A stretch of 64,000 nucleotides of DNA from Leucoraja erinacea (GCF_028641065.1 NC_073394.1:41354001-41418000), one strand, 5' to 3'. Numbered from the stretch's first letter, positions 25,849 to 39,424 are shown. Made by a program: numbers and translations. Notes: generated by a model not told the origin, from the sequence alone.

Positions 25849-27341
25849 CTCCTACATCCCTCTACTCTACAACACTCCCCAGAGCCCTACCATTCACTGT
25901 GTTGGTCCTGCCCATGTTAGACTTCCCAAAATGCAACATCCTACATTCTCTGTATTAAATTCCATCAACCATTCCTCAGCCCACCTGGCCAATCGATCCA
26001 GATCCAGCTGCAATTCTTCACAACAATTGTCACTAACTGCAAAACCACCCATTTTTTTTAACCTTATGTTTCTGCCGACAAGTATAGATTCCTTAATTTA
26101 TTTTCTAGCATTAACCTTAGAACTATAATCTGCACTCTGTATCTTCCCCTTTGTTCTATCTATTGTACTTGAATTTGAATTGATTGTGTTTATGCCTGGT
26201 ACTGATCTGATCTGATCTGGTGGAATTGCCTGCAAAGCAAAGCTTTTCACTGTACCTGCACATGTGACAATAATACACCTGAACCTACACCACGTGATTT
26301 TACTAGAATAAGACCTTCTGCTATGAGACACAAGCGCAGATGCCGAATTGTTTCAATTTATATTCCCTGGGTTGACAGAGAGACATTTTGTCCAGTGTGA
26401 ATAGCCCAGAATTGTTCATTCTGAAGTCTAGTAAACATTTGGCTTGTCGCAGTCCCGGGATTAGAGGGAATTTGATGTCTAGAGTGATGTAAAAAACAGT
26501 TGTACGTAACTTGTGCTGCAGAAACATGCAGATCTTTAGTCGGGTCAGGCTTCTCTTAGAGTCATAGAATCATAGAATCATAGAGTGATACAGTGTGGAA
26601 ATAGGCCCTTCGGCCCAACTTGCCCACACCGGCCACATGTCCCAGCTCCACTAGTCCCACCTGCCAGCATTTGGTCCATATAAGGTTCATTTATTGTCAC
26701 ATATACCAATTAGTGTAGTGAAATTCAAGTTGCCATTGCAGCACATTAATAAGAATACAACATAACATTATAAAGAAATTTAACATAAAACATAAAAGCA
26801 TCCCCCCACATTGGTTCTCACTGTGAGGGAAGGCACAAAGACCAGTCCCCATCCCCTTGTCCACCCATGGTCGGCGACCCGCACAAGCCATCGCCCACTC
26901 CGCGATAGCGCTCCAGCGCTGTGCCGCCGCCGAAGCCGTGTGCCTGTCTAACTGCTTCTTAAATGTTGGGATAGTCCCTGCCTCAACTACGTCCTCTGCC
27001 AGCTTGTTGCATACACCCACCTCCCTTAGTGTGAAAAGTCACCCCTCCGATTCCTGTTAAATCTTTTCCCCTTAACCGTATACCTGTCCTCAGGTCCTCG
27101 ATTCCCCTACTTTGGGAACGAGACTGCATCTACCTGATCTATTCCTCTCATGATTTGATACACCTTTTTAAGATCACACCTCATTCTCCTGCACACCAAG
27201 GAATAGTCCCAGCCAACTCTCCCTTAAGCTCTGACCCTCTATTCCTGGAAACATCCTCGTAGAATTTTCTCTTTGCCATTGTGTAGGAAGGAACTGCAGG
27301 TGCTGTTTTAAACCGAAGATAGACTGTCTGAAGAAGGGTCT

Positions 27342-28820
27342 TCGACTTTGGATCAGTCTTCACTAAAGAGGACACAAACAATCTCTCTGATGTACTAGTA
27401 GATCTAGGGTGACGAAGGAACTGAAGGAAATGCACATTAGGCAGGAAATGGTGTTGGGCAGACTGATGGGACTGAAGACTGATGAATCCCCAGGGCCTGG
27501 ACTTTCAGCATTCCAGGGTACTTAAAGAGGTGGCTCTGGAAATTGTAGACGCATTGGTGATCATTTTCCAATGTTCTATAGATTCAGGATCAGTTCCTGT
27601 GGATTGGAGGGTAGCTAATGTCATCCCACTTTTTATGAAAGGCGGGAGAGAGAAAACAGGGAATTATAGACCAGTTAGCCTGACATCGGTGGTGGGGAAG
27701 TTGCTGGAGTCAATTATTAAAGATGAAATAGTGGCACATTTGGATAGCAGTAACAGGATCGGTCCGAGTCAGCATGGATTTACGAAGGGGAATTCATGCT
27801 TGACTAATCTTCTGGAATTTTTTGAGGATGTAACCAGGAAAATGGACAAGGGAGAGCCAGTGGATGTAGTGTACCTGGACTTTCAGAAAGCATTTGATGA
27901 GGTCCCACATAGGACATTAGTGGGGAAAATGAGAGCACATGGTATTGGGAGTAGTGTGCTGACATGGATAGAAAATTGGTTGGCAGACAGGAAACAAAGA
28001 GTAGGGATCCTTTCAGAATGGCTGGCAGTGACAAGTAAGATACCGCAGCTATTTACAATATACAATAATGATCTAGATGAAGGGATTAAAAGTAACATTA
28101 GCAAATTTGCAGATGACACAAAGCTGGGTGGCAGTGTGAACTGTGAAGAGGATGCCATGAGGATGCAGGGAGACTTGGACAGGTTGGGTCAGTGGGCAGA
28201 TGCATGGCAGATGCAGTTTAATGTGGATAAATGTGACCTTATCCAGTTTGGTGGCAAAAACAGGAAAGCAGATTATCATCTAAATGGTGTCAACTTGGGA
28301 AAAGGGGAAGTACAACGGGATCTGGGGGTCCTTGCTCATCAGTCACTGAAAGTAAGCAGGTAGGTATAGCAGGCAGTGAAGAAAGCAAATGGCATGTTGG
28401 CCTTCATAACGAGGAGTTGAGTGTAGGGGCAAAGAGGTCTGTCTGCAGTTGTACAAGGGCCTAGTGAGACCGCACCTGGCGTATTGTGTGCAGTTTTGGT
28501 CTCCAAATCTGAGGAAGGACATTCTTGCTATTGAGGGAGTGCAGCGTAGGTTTACCAGATTAATTCCTGGGATGGCGAGACTGTCATGTTGACAGAATGG
28601 TGCAGATGAGCTTGTAACTGTGCCTCAGAAGGCGGCAGAGACCAGTTCTCTGGAGGCTTTCAAGAGAGAGTTAAATGGAGCTCTTAAAGATAGCGGAGTC
28701 ACGAGATATGGAGAGGGCAGGAACAGGGTACTGATTGTGGATGATCAGCCATGATCACATTGAATGGCATTGCAGGCTCGAAGGGCCAAATGGCCTACTC
28801 CTGCACCTATTGTCCATTGA
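27342..28820 (+). mobile_element. CR1 LINE ORF2/RT remnant
   Basis: 293-aa ORF with NYRPVSLTS, QHGF, YLDFQKAFD and KFADDTK; CR1 3' UTR follows. Confidence 0.92.
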
Positions 28821-28914
28821 CCCGAAACATCACGCATTCCTTCTCTCCGGAGATGCCGCCTGTCCCGCTGAGTTACTCCAGCTTTTTGTGTCTATCTTCT
28901 ATTTACCATTTCCA

Positions 28915-31550
28915 TCTTAACAATATCTTTCCTCTAGCATGGTGTCCATAACTAAACACAATAATCGAAATGCGGCTTCACCAACGTCTTATACAACTGC
29001 AACATGACCTAACTCCTCAATACTCAAACTGATCAAGGCCAATTTGCTAAAGGCATTTTTGACCTCCCGATCGACCTCTGACCCTACCTTCAAAGGACCA
29101 TGCACCTGCACTCCTAGATCCCTCTGCTCTACATCACTCCCCAGAGCCCTGCCATTCACTGTGTCGGTCCTGCCCATGTTAGACTTCTCAAGATGCAACA
29201 CCTCACACTTCTCTGTATTAAATTTCATCAACCATACCTCAGCCCACCAGGTGCAGTAGTTGGCTATTCGGCCCTTCGAGACAGCACCGCCATTTAATAT
29301 GATCATGGTTGATCATCCAAAATCAATACCCCGTACTTGCTTTTTCCCAATATCCCTTGATTCACTTAGCCCTAAGAGTTAAATCTAATTCTCTCTTGAA
29401 AACATCCAGTGAATTGGCCTCCACTGCCTTCTGTGGCAGAGAATTCCAAAGAATCACAACTCTCTGGGTGAAAATGTTTTTCGTTCATCCCAGTCCTAAA
29501 TGGCCTACCCTTATTCTTAAACTGTGACCCCTGGTTCTGGACTCCTCCAACTACCCCAACATTGGGAACATTTTCCCTGGATCTATCCTGTCCAATCCTC
29601 TAAGAATTTTACATGTTTCTATCAGATATCCTCTCATCCTAAATTCCAGTGAATACCATATAACCATATAACAATTACAGCACGTAAACAGGCCATCTCG
29701 GCCCTACAAGTCCGTGCCGAACAACTTTTTTCCCTTAGTCCCACCTGCTTGCACTCATATCATAACTCTCCATTCTCTTCTCATCCATATGCCTATCCAA
29801 TTTATTTTTAAATGATAAAAACGAACCTGCCTCCACCACTTCCACTGGAAGCTCATTCCACACCGATACCACTCTCTGAGTAAAGAAGTTCCCCCTCATG
29901 TTACCCCTAAACTTCTGTCCCTTAATTCTGAAGTCATGTCCTCTTGTTTGAATATTCCCTATTCTCAAAGGGAAAAGCTTGTCCACATTAACTCTATCTA
30001 TCCTTCTCATCATTTTAAAGACCTTTATCAAGTCCCCCCTTAACCTTCTGCGCTCCAGAGAATAAAGACCTAACTTATTCAACCTATCTCTGTAACTTAG
30101 TTGTTGAAACCCAGGCAACATTCTAGTAAATCTCCTCTGTACTCTCTCTATTTTGTTGACATCCTTCCTATAATTGGGCGACCAAAATTGTACACCATAC
30201 TCCAGATTTGGTCTCACCAATGCCTTGTACAATTTTAACATTACATCCCAGCTTCTATACTCAAATTCTATACTATACTTCTATAATACAAACCCAGTAG
30301 ACCCATTCTTTCATCATCTGTCAGTGCCGCCATCCCGGGAATTAACATGGTGAACCTATACTGCACTCCCTAACTAGCAATATTGTCCTTCCTCAAATTA
30401 GGGGACCTAATTTCCACACAATACTCCAGGTGCAGTCTCACCAGGTCCTTGCACCTAAACTCAAATCATGTTGACCTTCACAGCAAGAGGATTCTTCACT
30501 GCCTGCTGTACCTACATGCTGACTTTCAGTGTACACCCAGGTCTTGTTGCACCTCCCCTTGTCCTAATCTGACGCCATTCAGATAATAATCTGCCTTCCT
30601 GTTCTTATCACCAAAGTGGATAACCTCACATTTATCCACATTACACTTCTTAAACTGTGACCCCTGGTTCTGGACTCCTCCAACTACCCCAACATTGGGA
30701 ACATTTTCCCAGGATCTACCCACTCACCCAACCTATCCAAGTCACCCTGCAGATTTATAGCATCCTCCTCTCAGCTCACACTGCCACCTAGCTTTGTGTC
30801 ATCCACAAAGTTGGAGATGTTACATTTAATTCATTTGTCTAAATTGTTAATATATATTGTAAATAACTGGGCTCCCAGCACTGAGCTATGCAGCACCCCA
30901 CTAGTCACTGCCTGCCATTCTGAATTGGATCTGTTAATTCCTACTCTTTGCTTCCTGTCTGCCAACCAGTTCTCTATCCATGTCAATACCCTACCCCCAA
31001 TACCATGTGCTCTAATTGTGCACACTAATCTCTAGTGTGGGTGGCTTGTCAAATACTTTTTGACAGTCCAGATTTACTACATCCACTGGCTCTTCCTTAT
31101 CCATTCTATTTGTTACATCCTCAAAAAATTCCAGATTAGTTAAGCATAATTTCTCCTTCATAAATCCATATGCTGACTTTGACCGATCCTGTCACTGCTT
31201 TCCAAATGCTCTGCTATTACATCTTGAATAATCGACTCCAGCATCTTCACCACTACCGATGTGAGGCTAACTGGTCTATAATTCTCTCTTTTATTTCTCC
31301 CTCCTTTCTTAAAAAGCGGGGTTACATTGGCTACCCTCCAGTCCACAGGAACTGATCCAGAGTCTATAGAACATTGGAAAATGATCACCAATGCATGCAC
31401 GATTTCTAGGGTCACCTCCTTGAGTACTCTGAGATGTAGACCATCAGGCCATGGGGATTTATCTGCCTTCACTCCCAATAGTTTATCTAACACCATTTTC
31501 TGACTAATTCCCTTCAGTTCCGCCCTCCCACTAGATCCTCGGTCCCCTCT
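28915..31550 (-). mobile_element. Nested CR1 fragments, including a young copy at ~29655-30263
   Basis: Several minus-strand CR1 ORF2 pieces; (AACCATAT)n tail at ~29655. Confidence 0.85.
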
Positions 31551-31682
31551 CTATTGTCAACCCTGTAGGTATAATTTGCCCGTCTATTCTAGCCATATAA
31601 CCATATAACAATTACAGCACGGAAACAGGCCATCTCGGCCCTACAAGTCCATGCCGAACAAATCTAGCCAATTCCCGTCTCA

Positions 31683-32477
31683 TAAAGTAAAGTATAAAGT
31701 ATCCTTTATTGCCATTCAAACTGTCTCCAGTTTGAACGAAATTGCATAGCTTGCAGTCATAACAGAGAACACACAATGAACACAGTTTAACATCCACCAC
31801 AGTGAGTCGACCAGGCACCTCCTCACTGTGATGGGAGGCAAAAGTCTTAAAGTCCTTGTCACTTCCTTCCTTGTTCTCCCTGTGCGTTGAGGTGATCCAG
31901 GCTTTCGATGTTGGGCCCCCCGCCGGGTGATGGTAAGTTCTGCGGCTGAATCTGTGCTCCGAGAACGGGCCAGTTCAAACTCCGCTGCTCGGGGTGGATG
32001 AAGCTGCCACCCTCCAGTCCAGCGGACAAAGCTGTTGTTGCGGGAGCTCCGGAGAATCAGTCACCTACTTGTGACCTGCGAGCTCCCGACGTTGTCGTCC
32101 ACTGGGCCCGTGGCTGAAGCCTCCGAGGCCCCGAAGTCGGATCGCTGTCGCCGCAGCGCCACCACATCCCCGAGGTCGGTCAGCTTTGCGATGGTGAGTC
32201 CAGGCTCTGCCTCCGGAGCCTCGAGGGCGGTCCCATTTGGAGGCCGCCAGCTCCGCGATTAGGCCTCAGCGCAGATGGAGATGGGGATACGACAAGGAAA
32301 AGGTCGCATCCCCGCGAAGGAAGAGACTAAAAACAAGTTTCTCCCACCCCCCCACACATACACAACCAAAAATAAACTGAAACGTATATCTAACAAAACA
32401 AAAGAAAACAACAAAAAAGGATAAAACAGACGGACTACAGGCGAGCCGCAGCTACTTGGGCAACGCCGCCACTTCCA
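31683..32477 (-). mobile_element. Diverged member of the ~1-kb non-autonomous retroposon family
   Basis: Shares with 1504-2487 the blocks aacatccaccacagtgagtc, ctcactgtgatg(g)gaggcaaaagtctta, ttaggcctcagcg and the terminus cgccgccact(t)cc. It has a different short-repeat tail and no VNTR. Confidence 0.7.
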
Positions 32478-33732
32478 GAATAGTCTCCGTTCTTACCTTC
32501 AAAGTCTCCGTTATTCAAGTTGTGGACCTTAGTCTCTGAATTAACTGTGTCATCCTAATGGAGAATTTCACCATATTATGGTAACTTTTGCCCAAGGGGC
32601 CTTGTACAACAAGATCACTAACTAATCCTTCCTCATTACACAATACCCAGTTTAGAATTGCCTGCCCTCTAGTCAGTCGAAAGATTCTAGGGGAAAAAAA
32701 GGCGACATTGGCTGACAAGGACAGCATAAAACTAAAAGCGAAGGCGTATAACATTGCAAAGATTCATGCAAAGCCAGGGGATTAGGAAGCTTTTCAGGGA
32801 CCACAGAGGGTAACAAAGAATGCAGTATGGGGAGAAAAGATGAAATCCAAAGGTAAGCTAGTCAATAATATTAAACAGGATAGCAAGAGTTTCTTCAGTT
32901 CTATAGAGAGTAAGAAAGAGGCAAGAGTGGACGTTGGACTGCTGGAGAATAATGCCGGTGAAGTGATAATGGGGAATATAGAAATGGCCGAGTAGTTGAA
33001 CAACATTTTGCATCAGTCTTCAGTGGAAGACACCAGCAACGTGCCTGAAATTCAGGAGAGTCAGGGGGTGGAAGTTAGTGAAGTGGCTATTACTGGGGAG
33101 AAGGTGCTTGGGAAGCTGAAAGGGTTGAAGGTGGATAGGTCACCTGGGCTGATGGACTGCACCCTAGGGTTCTGAAACAGGTGGCTTTGGAGATTGTGGA
33201 CACATTGACAGTGGTATTTCAAGAATCACTAGAGACTGGAGCGGTTCCAGATTATTTGAAAATTGCCAATATTACCTCACTGCACAAGAAGGGAGCAAAG
33301 CCATGGGCGGAAATGCTGAGGGGGATGGGGGCTCACACCCCCCCCCTCCATGCTTTGAGAGGTGGGGGACAATCCCCCCCATGTTTTGTAATCCAGACTT
33401 AATCAGACGCTTTCTAAGGGCTAAATCGGCCCATTCGCGGGGCCTTTCAGGGCCCGTCGCAACTTAAAATCAAACTGCTGCATCGAGGCTCCCGATGAAA
33501 AGCCCCGCGAACGGGCCGATTCAAGCCCCACGATTCAGGGCGGGCGAAGCTGCTGTTGCTGGAGTTAGGAGTCGGTCTGGAGAGGGTCTGTATGTTTCAA
33601 TGAGGGGGGGACCTCATTGAAACATACAGAATAGTGAAAGGCTTGGATAGAGTGGATGTGGAGAGGATGTTTCCACTAGTGGGAGAGTCTAGGACTAGAG
33701 TTCATAGCCTCAGAATTAAAGGATGTTTTTTT

Positions 33733-34790
33733 AGGCAAGGCAAGGCAACTTTATTTTATTAGCACATTTCATACACGAGGCAGACTCAAAGTGCTTCACA
33801 TAAAAACATGTCATACAATAAAATGAAATAATAAAATGAAATAAAATAGAACTAAAAGAAAAGAAAAGCAAAATTAAAATGCATTATAAAAAGTGCAGAA
33901 GTTAAAAGTGCAATGTAGTTAAGATTTAGCTGAAAGCTAAAGTCAAACATAAAAGTTTTCAGTCTTGTTTTAAAAGTGGTCAAAGTTGAGGCAGATGTTA
34001 TAAATCTTCAGAAAATTTATTCCAGCAGGTTGTTGCATAGTAACTAAATCCTGCTTTCCCATGATATATTAGGTATTTACTCTGGGAATCACTAAAGCAT
34101 TGGTCTCAGAAGATCTTAGTGGCTGGGAGAAGGCTTATATAGTGGAAGCATGTCCGTGGATATACTTTGGTAGCAAACCATGTAGTTATTTATTTTGAAC
34201 AGTAGGATTTTAAAATCAATTCTCTGACATACAGTGAGCCAATGTAAGGATTTAAGAATTGGTGCAAAGTGTTCACATTTTTTGGTCTTTGTTAGAACTT
34301 AGCAACAGATTCTGAACAAGCTGTAGCTGCCTGACAGTTTTTTTAGGAAGACCTGCAAAAACTAGGCCGTTACAATAATCTAGCCTACTAGTAATAAAGG
34401 CATGTACAAGTTTTTCTAAGTCTTGAGCTGACATGAGTCCTCTTAATCTTGCTACATTTTTGAGGTGATGGTAGGCCGATTTTGTTACTGATTTGATGTG
34501 ACTGTCGAAATGTAAATCTGAATCCATAATGACTCCAAGATTTCTGGCTTTGTTTGAAGTTTTCAGGGACAGAGAGTGAAGGTGTTGGGTTACTTTAAGC
34601 CTTTCTTTTTTAGCACCAAAAACAATTATCTCCGTTTTGTCCTTATTTAATTGGAGAAGATTTTGGCACATCCAGTCTTTGACTTGCTCAATGCACTGGC
34701 ACAGCAGATCTATGGGGCGATAGTCATTTGGTGATAGCGCTACATAGATTTGAGTGTCATCGGCATAGAAGTGGTGGTCAATATTATATG
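33733..34790 (-). mobile_element. L2-clade LINE 3' fragment
   Basis: HFYADDTQIY, LNKDKTEIIVFG, ARNLGVIMDSDL and LVHAFITSRLDYCN motifs; (CCTTG)n tail; inserted in CR1 sequence. Confidence 0.88.
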
Positions 34791-35209
34791 TTTCTATAAG
34801 ATATGTTATAGGAAGGATATGAGGAGAAATGTCTTTAGTCAGAGGGTGGTGAATATGTGGAATTATTTGCCACAGACGGCTGTTTGTGAACACATCTCTT
34901 TTAAACTCGGCCCCTCTCATCTTAAATCTGTGGCATCTCGTATTTGATGTTTTCCATGCTGGGAAAAGGCCTCTGACTGTCCACTCTATTCATGCCTCTA
35001 TTAATTTTATATACTTCTATCGGGACAATTCTCAAAGATGTTGAATTTTCTGTGTGAAACTCCACACATTCAAGTTCAGTGGTTGCTCTTTGTGTGATCT
35101 CCTCTTTAAAATCTTGTTTTCTACCTGCAAGTATAGATCTTTTTAATCTTGTTTTTCTTCCTGTAGGTATAGAACTATATTCTGCACTCTGTATCTTCCC
35201 CTTTGTTCT

Positions 35210-36990
35210 GTGATTGATCCCTGGGACGGCAGGACTGTCATATGAGGAAAGATTCAAAAGACTAGACTTGTATTCATTGGAGTTTAGAAGGATGAGGGAG
35301 GATCTTATAGAAACATATAAAATTATAAAAGGACTGGACAAGCTAGATGCAGGAAAAATGGTCCCAGTGGTGGGTGAGTCCAGAACCTGGGGCCACAGTC
35401 TTAGAATAAAGGGGAGGTCATTTAAGACTGAGATGAGAAGAAACATTTTCACCCAGAGTTGTGAATTTATGGAATTCCCTGCCACAGAGGGCAGTGGAGG
35501 CCAAGTCACTGAATGGATTTTAGAGAGGGTTAGATAGAGCTCTAGGGGCTAGTGGAGTCAAGGGATATGGGGAGAAGGCAGGCACGCGTTATTGATAGGG
35601 GATGATCAGCCATGATCACAATGAATGGCGGTGCTGGCTCGAAGGGCCGAATGGCCTCCTCCTGCACCTATTTTCTATGTTTCTATCTATTGTACTTGAG
35701 TGTGACTTGATTGTATTTATGGCTGGTACACCTGATCTGGTTGGATTGCTGCAAAACAAAGCTTTTCACTGTACCTTCGTACATGTGACAATAATAAACC
35801 TGAAGCTAAACCACGTGATTTTACTAGAATAAGATCTTCTGCCATGAGACACAAGCGCACTTGCTGAATTGTTTCAATCTATATTCCCTGGGTTGACAGA
35901 GAGACATTTTGTCCAGTGTGAATATCCCAGAATTGTTCATTCTGAAGTCTAGTAAACATTTGACTTGTAGCAGGGACGGGATAGTCATAGAGTGATACAG
36001 TGTGGAGACGGGCTCCTCCGCCCATCTTGCACACACTGGCCAACATGTCCCAGCTACACTAGTCACATGTCCCAGCTACTCTGCCTGCGTTTGGTCCATA
36101 TCCCTCCAAACCTGTCCAATCCATGTACCTGTCTAACTGTTTCTTCAACGTTTTATAGTCCCAGCCTCTACCTCATCTGGCAGCTTGTTCCATACATCCA
36201 CCACCTTTTGTGTGAAAATGTTACACCTCTGATCCCTAATAAATCATTTTCCCTTCACATTAAACCTATGTCCTCTGGTCCTTGATTCACCTAATTCTGG
36301 CAAGAGACTCTGTGCATCTACCCAATCTATTCCCCTCATGATTATGTACACCTTTATAAGATCATCCCTCATCCTCCTGCTCTCCAAGGAATTTTATATA
36401 CTTCTATCAGTCCCAGACTACTCAACCTCTCCCTGTCGTTCAGACCCTCTAGTCCGGGCAACATCCTTGTAAATCTTGTCTGCACCCTTTCCAGCTTGAC
36501 AACATCTTACCTATGACACAGTGACCAGAACTGAACACAATACTCTAAATGCGGCCTCAGCTATGTGACCACTTTATCTACCTGTGACTCCACCTTCAAG
36601 GAACCATGCGCCTGCACTCTTAGATCCCTCCGCTCTACACCTGCACCATAGGCCTACCATTCACTGTGTAGGTCCTGCCTATGTTAGACTTCCCAAAATG
36701 CAACACCTCACATTTCTCTGTATTATATCCCATCAATCATTCATCAGCCCACCTGGCAATCGAACAAGATCCTGCTGCAATCGTTCACAACCATCTTCAC
36801 TATCTGCAAAACCACTCACTTTTGTATCATCTGCAAACTTGCTAATCTTGCCCTGTATATTCCCATTCAAATCATTGATGTAGATGACAAACAGTAACGG
36901 GCCCAGCATCGAACCCTGAGGCACATCACTAGTCACAGGCCTCCAGTCTGAGAAGCAACCTTCCACAATCACCCTCTGCTTCCTTCCATG
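35210..36990. mobile_element. CR1 3' fragments (+ at 35210-35685; - at ~35985-36990)
   Basis: LDLYSLEFRRMR.DLIE, VPQGSMLGPLLF and KFADDTK motifs. Confidence 0.8.
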
Positions 36991-37287
36991 TAGCCATGAA
37001 GATTTGTCTACCTTCATACATGAAAGTCTCTTCAGCAGGATCAGGATCAGAGAAAAGTATATGTCTAGAGAGATGTATTTAACTAAATAACAGTTGTATG
37101 AACTTTTGCAGCAGCAACATGCAGATCTTTAGTCAGGTTAAGGCTTCTCTTTTGTGCTCTTAAAATGTTGATGGGAAACTACAAAAGTTCGAGACCTGTG
37201 ATCCAGCTTCTCGGAATGTGTTGGGATACCTTATCTCAGGCAGTGTTGGCATCATTACATGTGAGACCTTCTTGTGTTTTATTACAG

Positions 37288-37366
37288 CGCCAATACAGAT
37301 GTTACCACAGGAAGTCCCGATGAGGATAAATCAAGCTACGGATCTGGAAATTCAAAGTGCAGGAAG
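37288..37366 (+). CDS. Candidate short exon of the C-terminal tail
   Basis: Unique sequence with a good acceptor (ttgtgttttattacag|) and donor (AAG|gtaatg). With phase-1 entry it reads APIQMLPQEVPMRINQATDLEIQSAG and exits in phase 2. No homology support. Confidence 0.4.
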
Positions 37367-38401
37367 GTAATGCTTTTGCTGAAACATGGAACATAGAACA
37401 GTACAGCACAGGAACAGGCCCTTCAGCCCACAGTCTGTGCTGCACATGATGCCAAGACCATCACTTATCTACCTGCACATAACCCAAATCCCTCTATTCC
37501 CAGCATGTCCGTGTTTCTATCCAAAAGCCTCTTAAACGTCACTCCCTCACCACCCCTGGCAGTATGTTCCGGACACTCACTTCCTTCTGTGTAAAAAATA
37601 ACTTGCTCCACACATCTCCATTAATCTTTGCATTTCTCACCTTAAAGCTATGGCCTCTAGTGTTTGATTTTTCCATTCTAGGAAAAAGATTCCTACTGTC
37701 TTTCCGTTCATTCCTCTCATAATTATAAATACTTTTCTACACAATCTCCAGCAATCCAGAAAAAAACAATCCTAGTCTGTCCAACCACCCCCTGTAGCTA
37801 ATACCCTCAAGTCCAAGCATCATTCTGGCAAACCTCTTCTGCATCCTTTCTAAAGCCTTCACACCATTCCTGCCATGGGGCGACCAGAACTGCACACAAG
37901 ACTCCAAATGGGGCCGGACCAAAGTCATGTAAAGATGCTTCATGGCTTCCTGACTCTTGTACTCAATGCCCTAGGGAATCATTGAAATATGAATGTGATT
38001 TGATTGCCTGTCGTGGATTGTACATGTTTCACATCTAGCAAATCCCTGGGAATATTATCTCCATCATCTAGAGATAAGGCATTTCCAAAGTGCTACATAC
38101 ACATGGTTTGATGTATACAACTGCCTTGTCTTTTTTGTAGGGTTTCAAATCCGATCCTTATAATATATCACAAATTCCAGAAATGCTCCCCTGCTGACTC
38201 TCCCTCTATTTCACCAACTCAATCCCACAAGACAACATTCTCACATTCCTTGCCTCGTTGGTCTATCTACGGACTGTGTCAGAGGCTCCCTTAAATATGT
38301 CTCAGTAAATATGCTCCTTCTGTACTTAGATGCCAAGACAGTCTCAGTTAATACTTGGGGAAATTAAAATCCCTGAGATTAATAACGTTATTGTTTAGTA
38401 T

Positions 38402-38517
38402 TTAAGAAGGAACTGCAGATGCTGGAAAATCGAAAGGTACACAAAAATGCTGGAGAAACTCAGCGGGTGCAGCAGCATCTATGGAGCGAAGGAAATAGGC
38501 AACGTTTTGGGCCGAAA
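38402..38517 (-). mobile_element. 116-bp Penelope-terminal insertion
   Basis: Matches the Penelope end at 59024-59135. 15-bp TSD gttattgtttagtat (38387-38401 / 38518-38532). Confidence 0.8.
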
Positions 38518-38663
38518 GTTATTGTTTAGTATCTCTGTGACATCTGTCTACATCACGGTTCCTCTACCTCTTGTTAACTGATGAAAGGTCTATACTCATC
38601 ACCCGCAAAATGACAATATCCTTTTGTTCCAAAACTCTTCTACATGGCCTCGTTTGTGAAACA

Positions 38664-38970
38664 GGCAGCACGGTGGCGCAGCGGTAGAGTTGCTGCCTTG
38701 CAGCGCCGGAGACCCAGGTTAGATCCTGACTGCATGTGCCGTGTGTACGGTGTTTGCACGTTCCTCCCGTGACTGTGGGTTTTCTCGGGGAGCTCCGGTT
38801 TCCTCCCATACTCCATAGACGTGCAGGTTGGAGGTTAATTGGCTTTGATAAGATTGTAAATTGTCTCTAGTGTGCAAGATAGTGCAAGTGTATGGGGTGA
38901 TCGCTGGTCGGCGTAGACTCGGTGGGCTGATGGGCCCGTTTCCACGCTGTATCTCTGAAGTCTAAAGTTC
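38664..38970 (+). mobile_element. Full-length tRNA-derived SINE with a CR1-like 3' end (HE1/HER1-type pairing)
   Basis: A box tggcgcagcgg, B-box-like ggttagatcc, and a 3' end gggc..gtttccacgctgtatctct shared with CR1 tails in the window. Confidence 0.85.
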
Positions 38971-39284
38971 AAAGATAATCTCTCCAACACTGAAATAATG
39001 CAATGATGACAAAGATAATTAATGCAAGCGTTATATTTGCTTATTTAAAAAGTCAGCATTTTAAATACAGGTTTTCTCATCGCAGCAAGCAGATGATAGG
39101 ACTTATCCTGCTTAAATTAGAATGTAAAACATAGAACAGTATAGGAACAGGCCCTTTGGCGCACTGTGTCCGTGCTAGACATGGTTCCGATGTGAATTCT
39201 GTGCAATCATATGTACAATAATTTTGACACTGTTTCATATTTGCTTGGTTCCATTTCTAAGTTCTTTCCTTTGTGTTAATTCAG

Positions 39285-39424
39285 CATCAACTCCAACGGG
39301 AATACAAGTGGACGCAAAAAACAGCAAAGCAGAAAATAATTTTAAATCACAGAATCAGGAAGAGAAAGGGGAAAAAGAATCGGAAAATGACTTTAACACT
39401 GAGAGAAAAGAAGAAAATAATTGA
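39285..39424 (+). CDS. Candidate terminal coding exon (charged low-complexity tail)
   Basis: Pyrimidine tract with ttcag| acceptor. The phase-1 reading is ASTPTGIQVDAKNSKAENNFKSQNQEEKGEKESENDFNTERKEENN*; the phase-2 reading is short (SINSNGNTSGRKKQQSRK*). The frame depends on upstream splicing. Confidence 0.4.

Noticed and set aside
38141-38293. Possible extra exon after the acceptor-like ttttttgtag
   Set aside because: No convincing donor or recognisable peptide, so it cannot be supported without transcripts.
38664-38735. tRNA gene
   Set aside because: The A and B boxes continue into a SINE body with a LINE-derived tail; there is no full cloverleaf.
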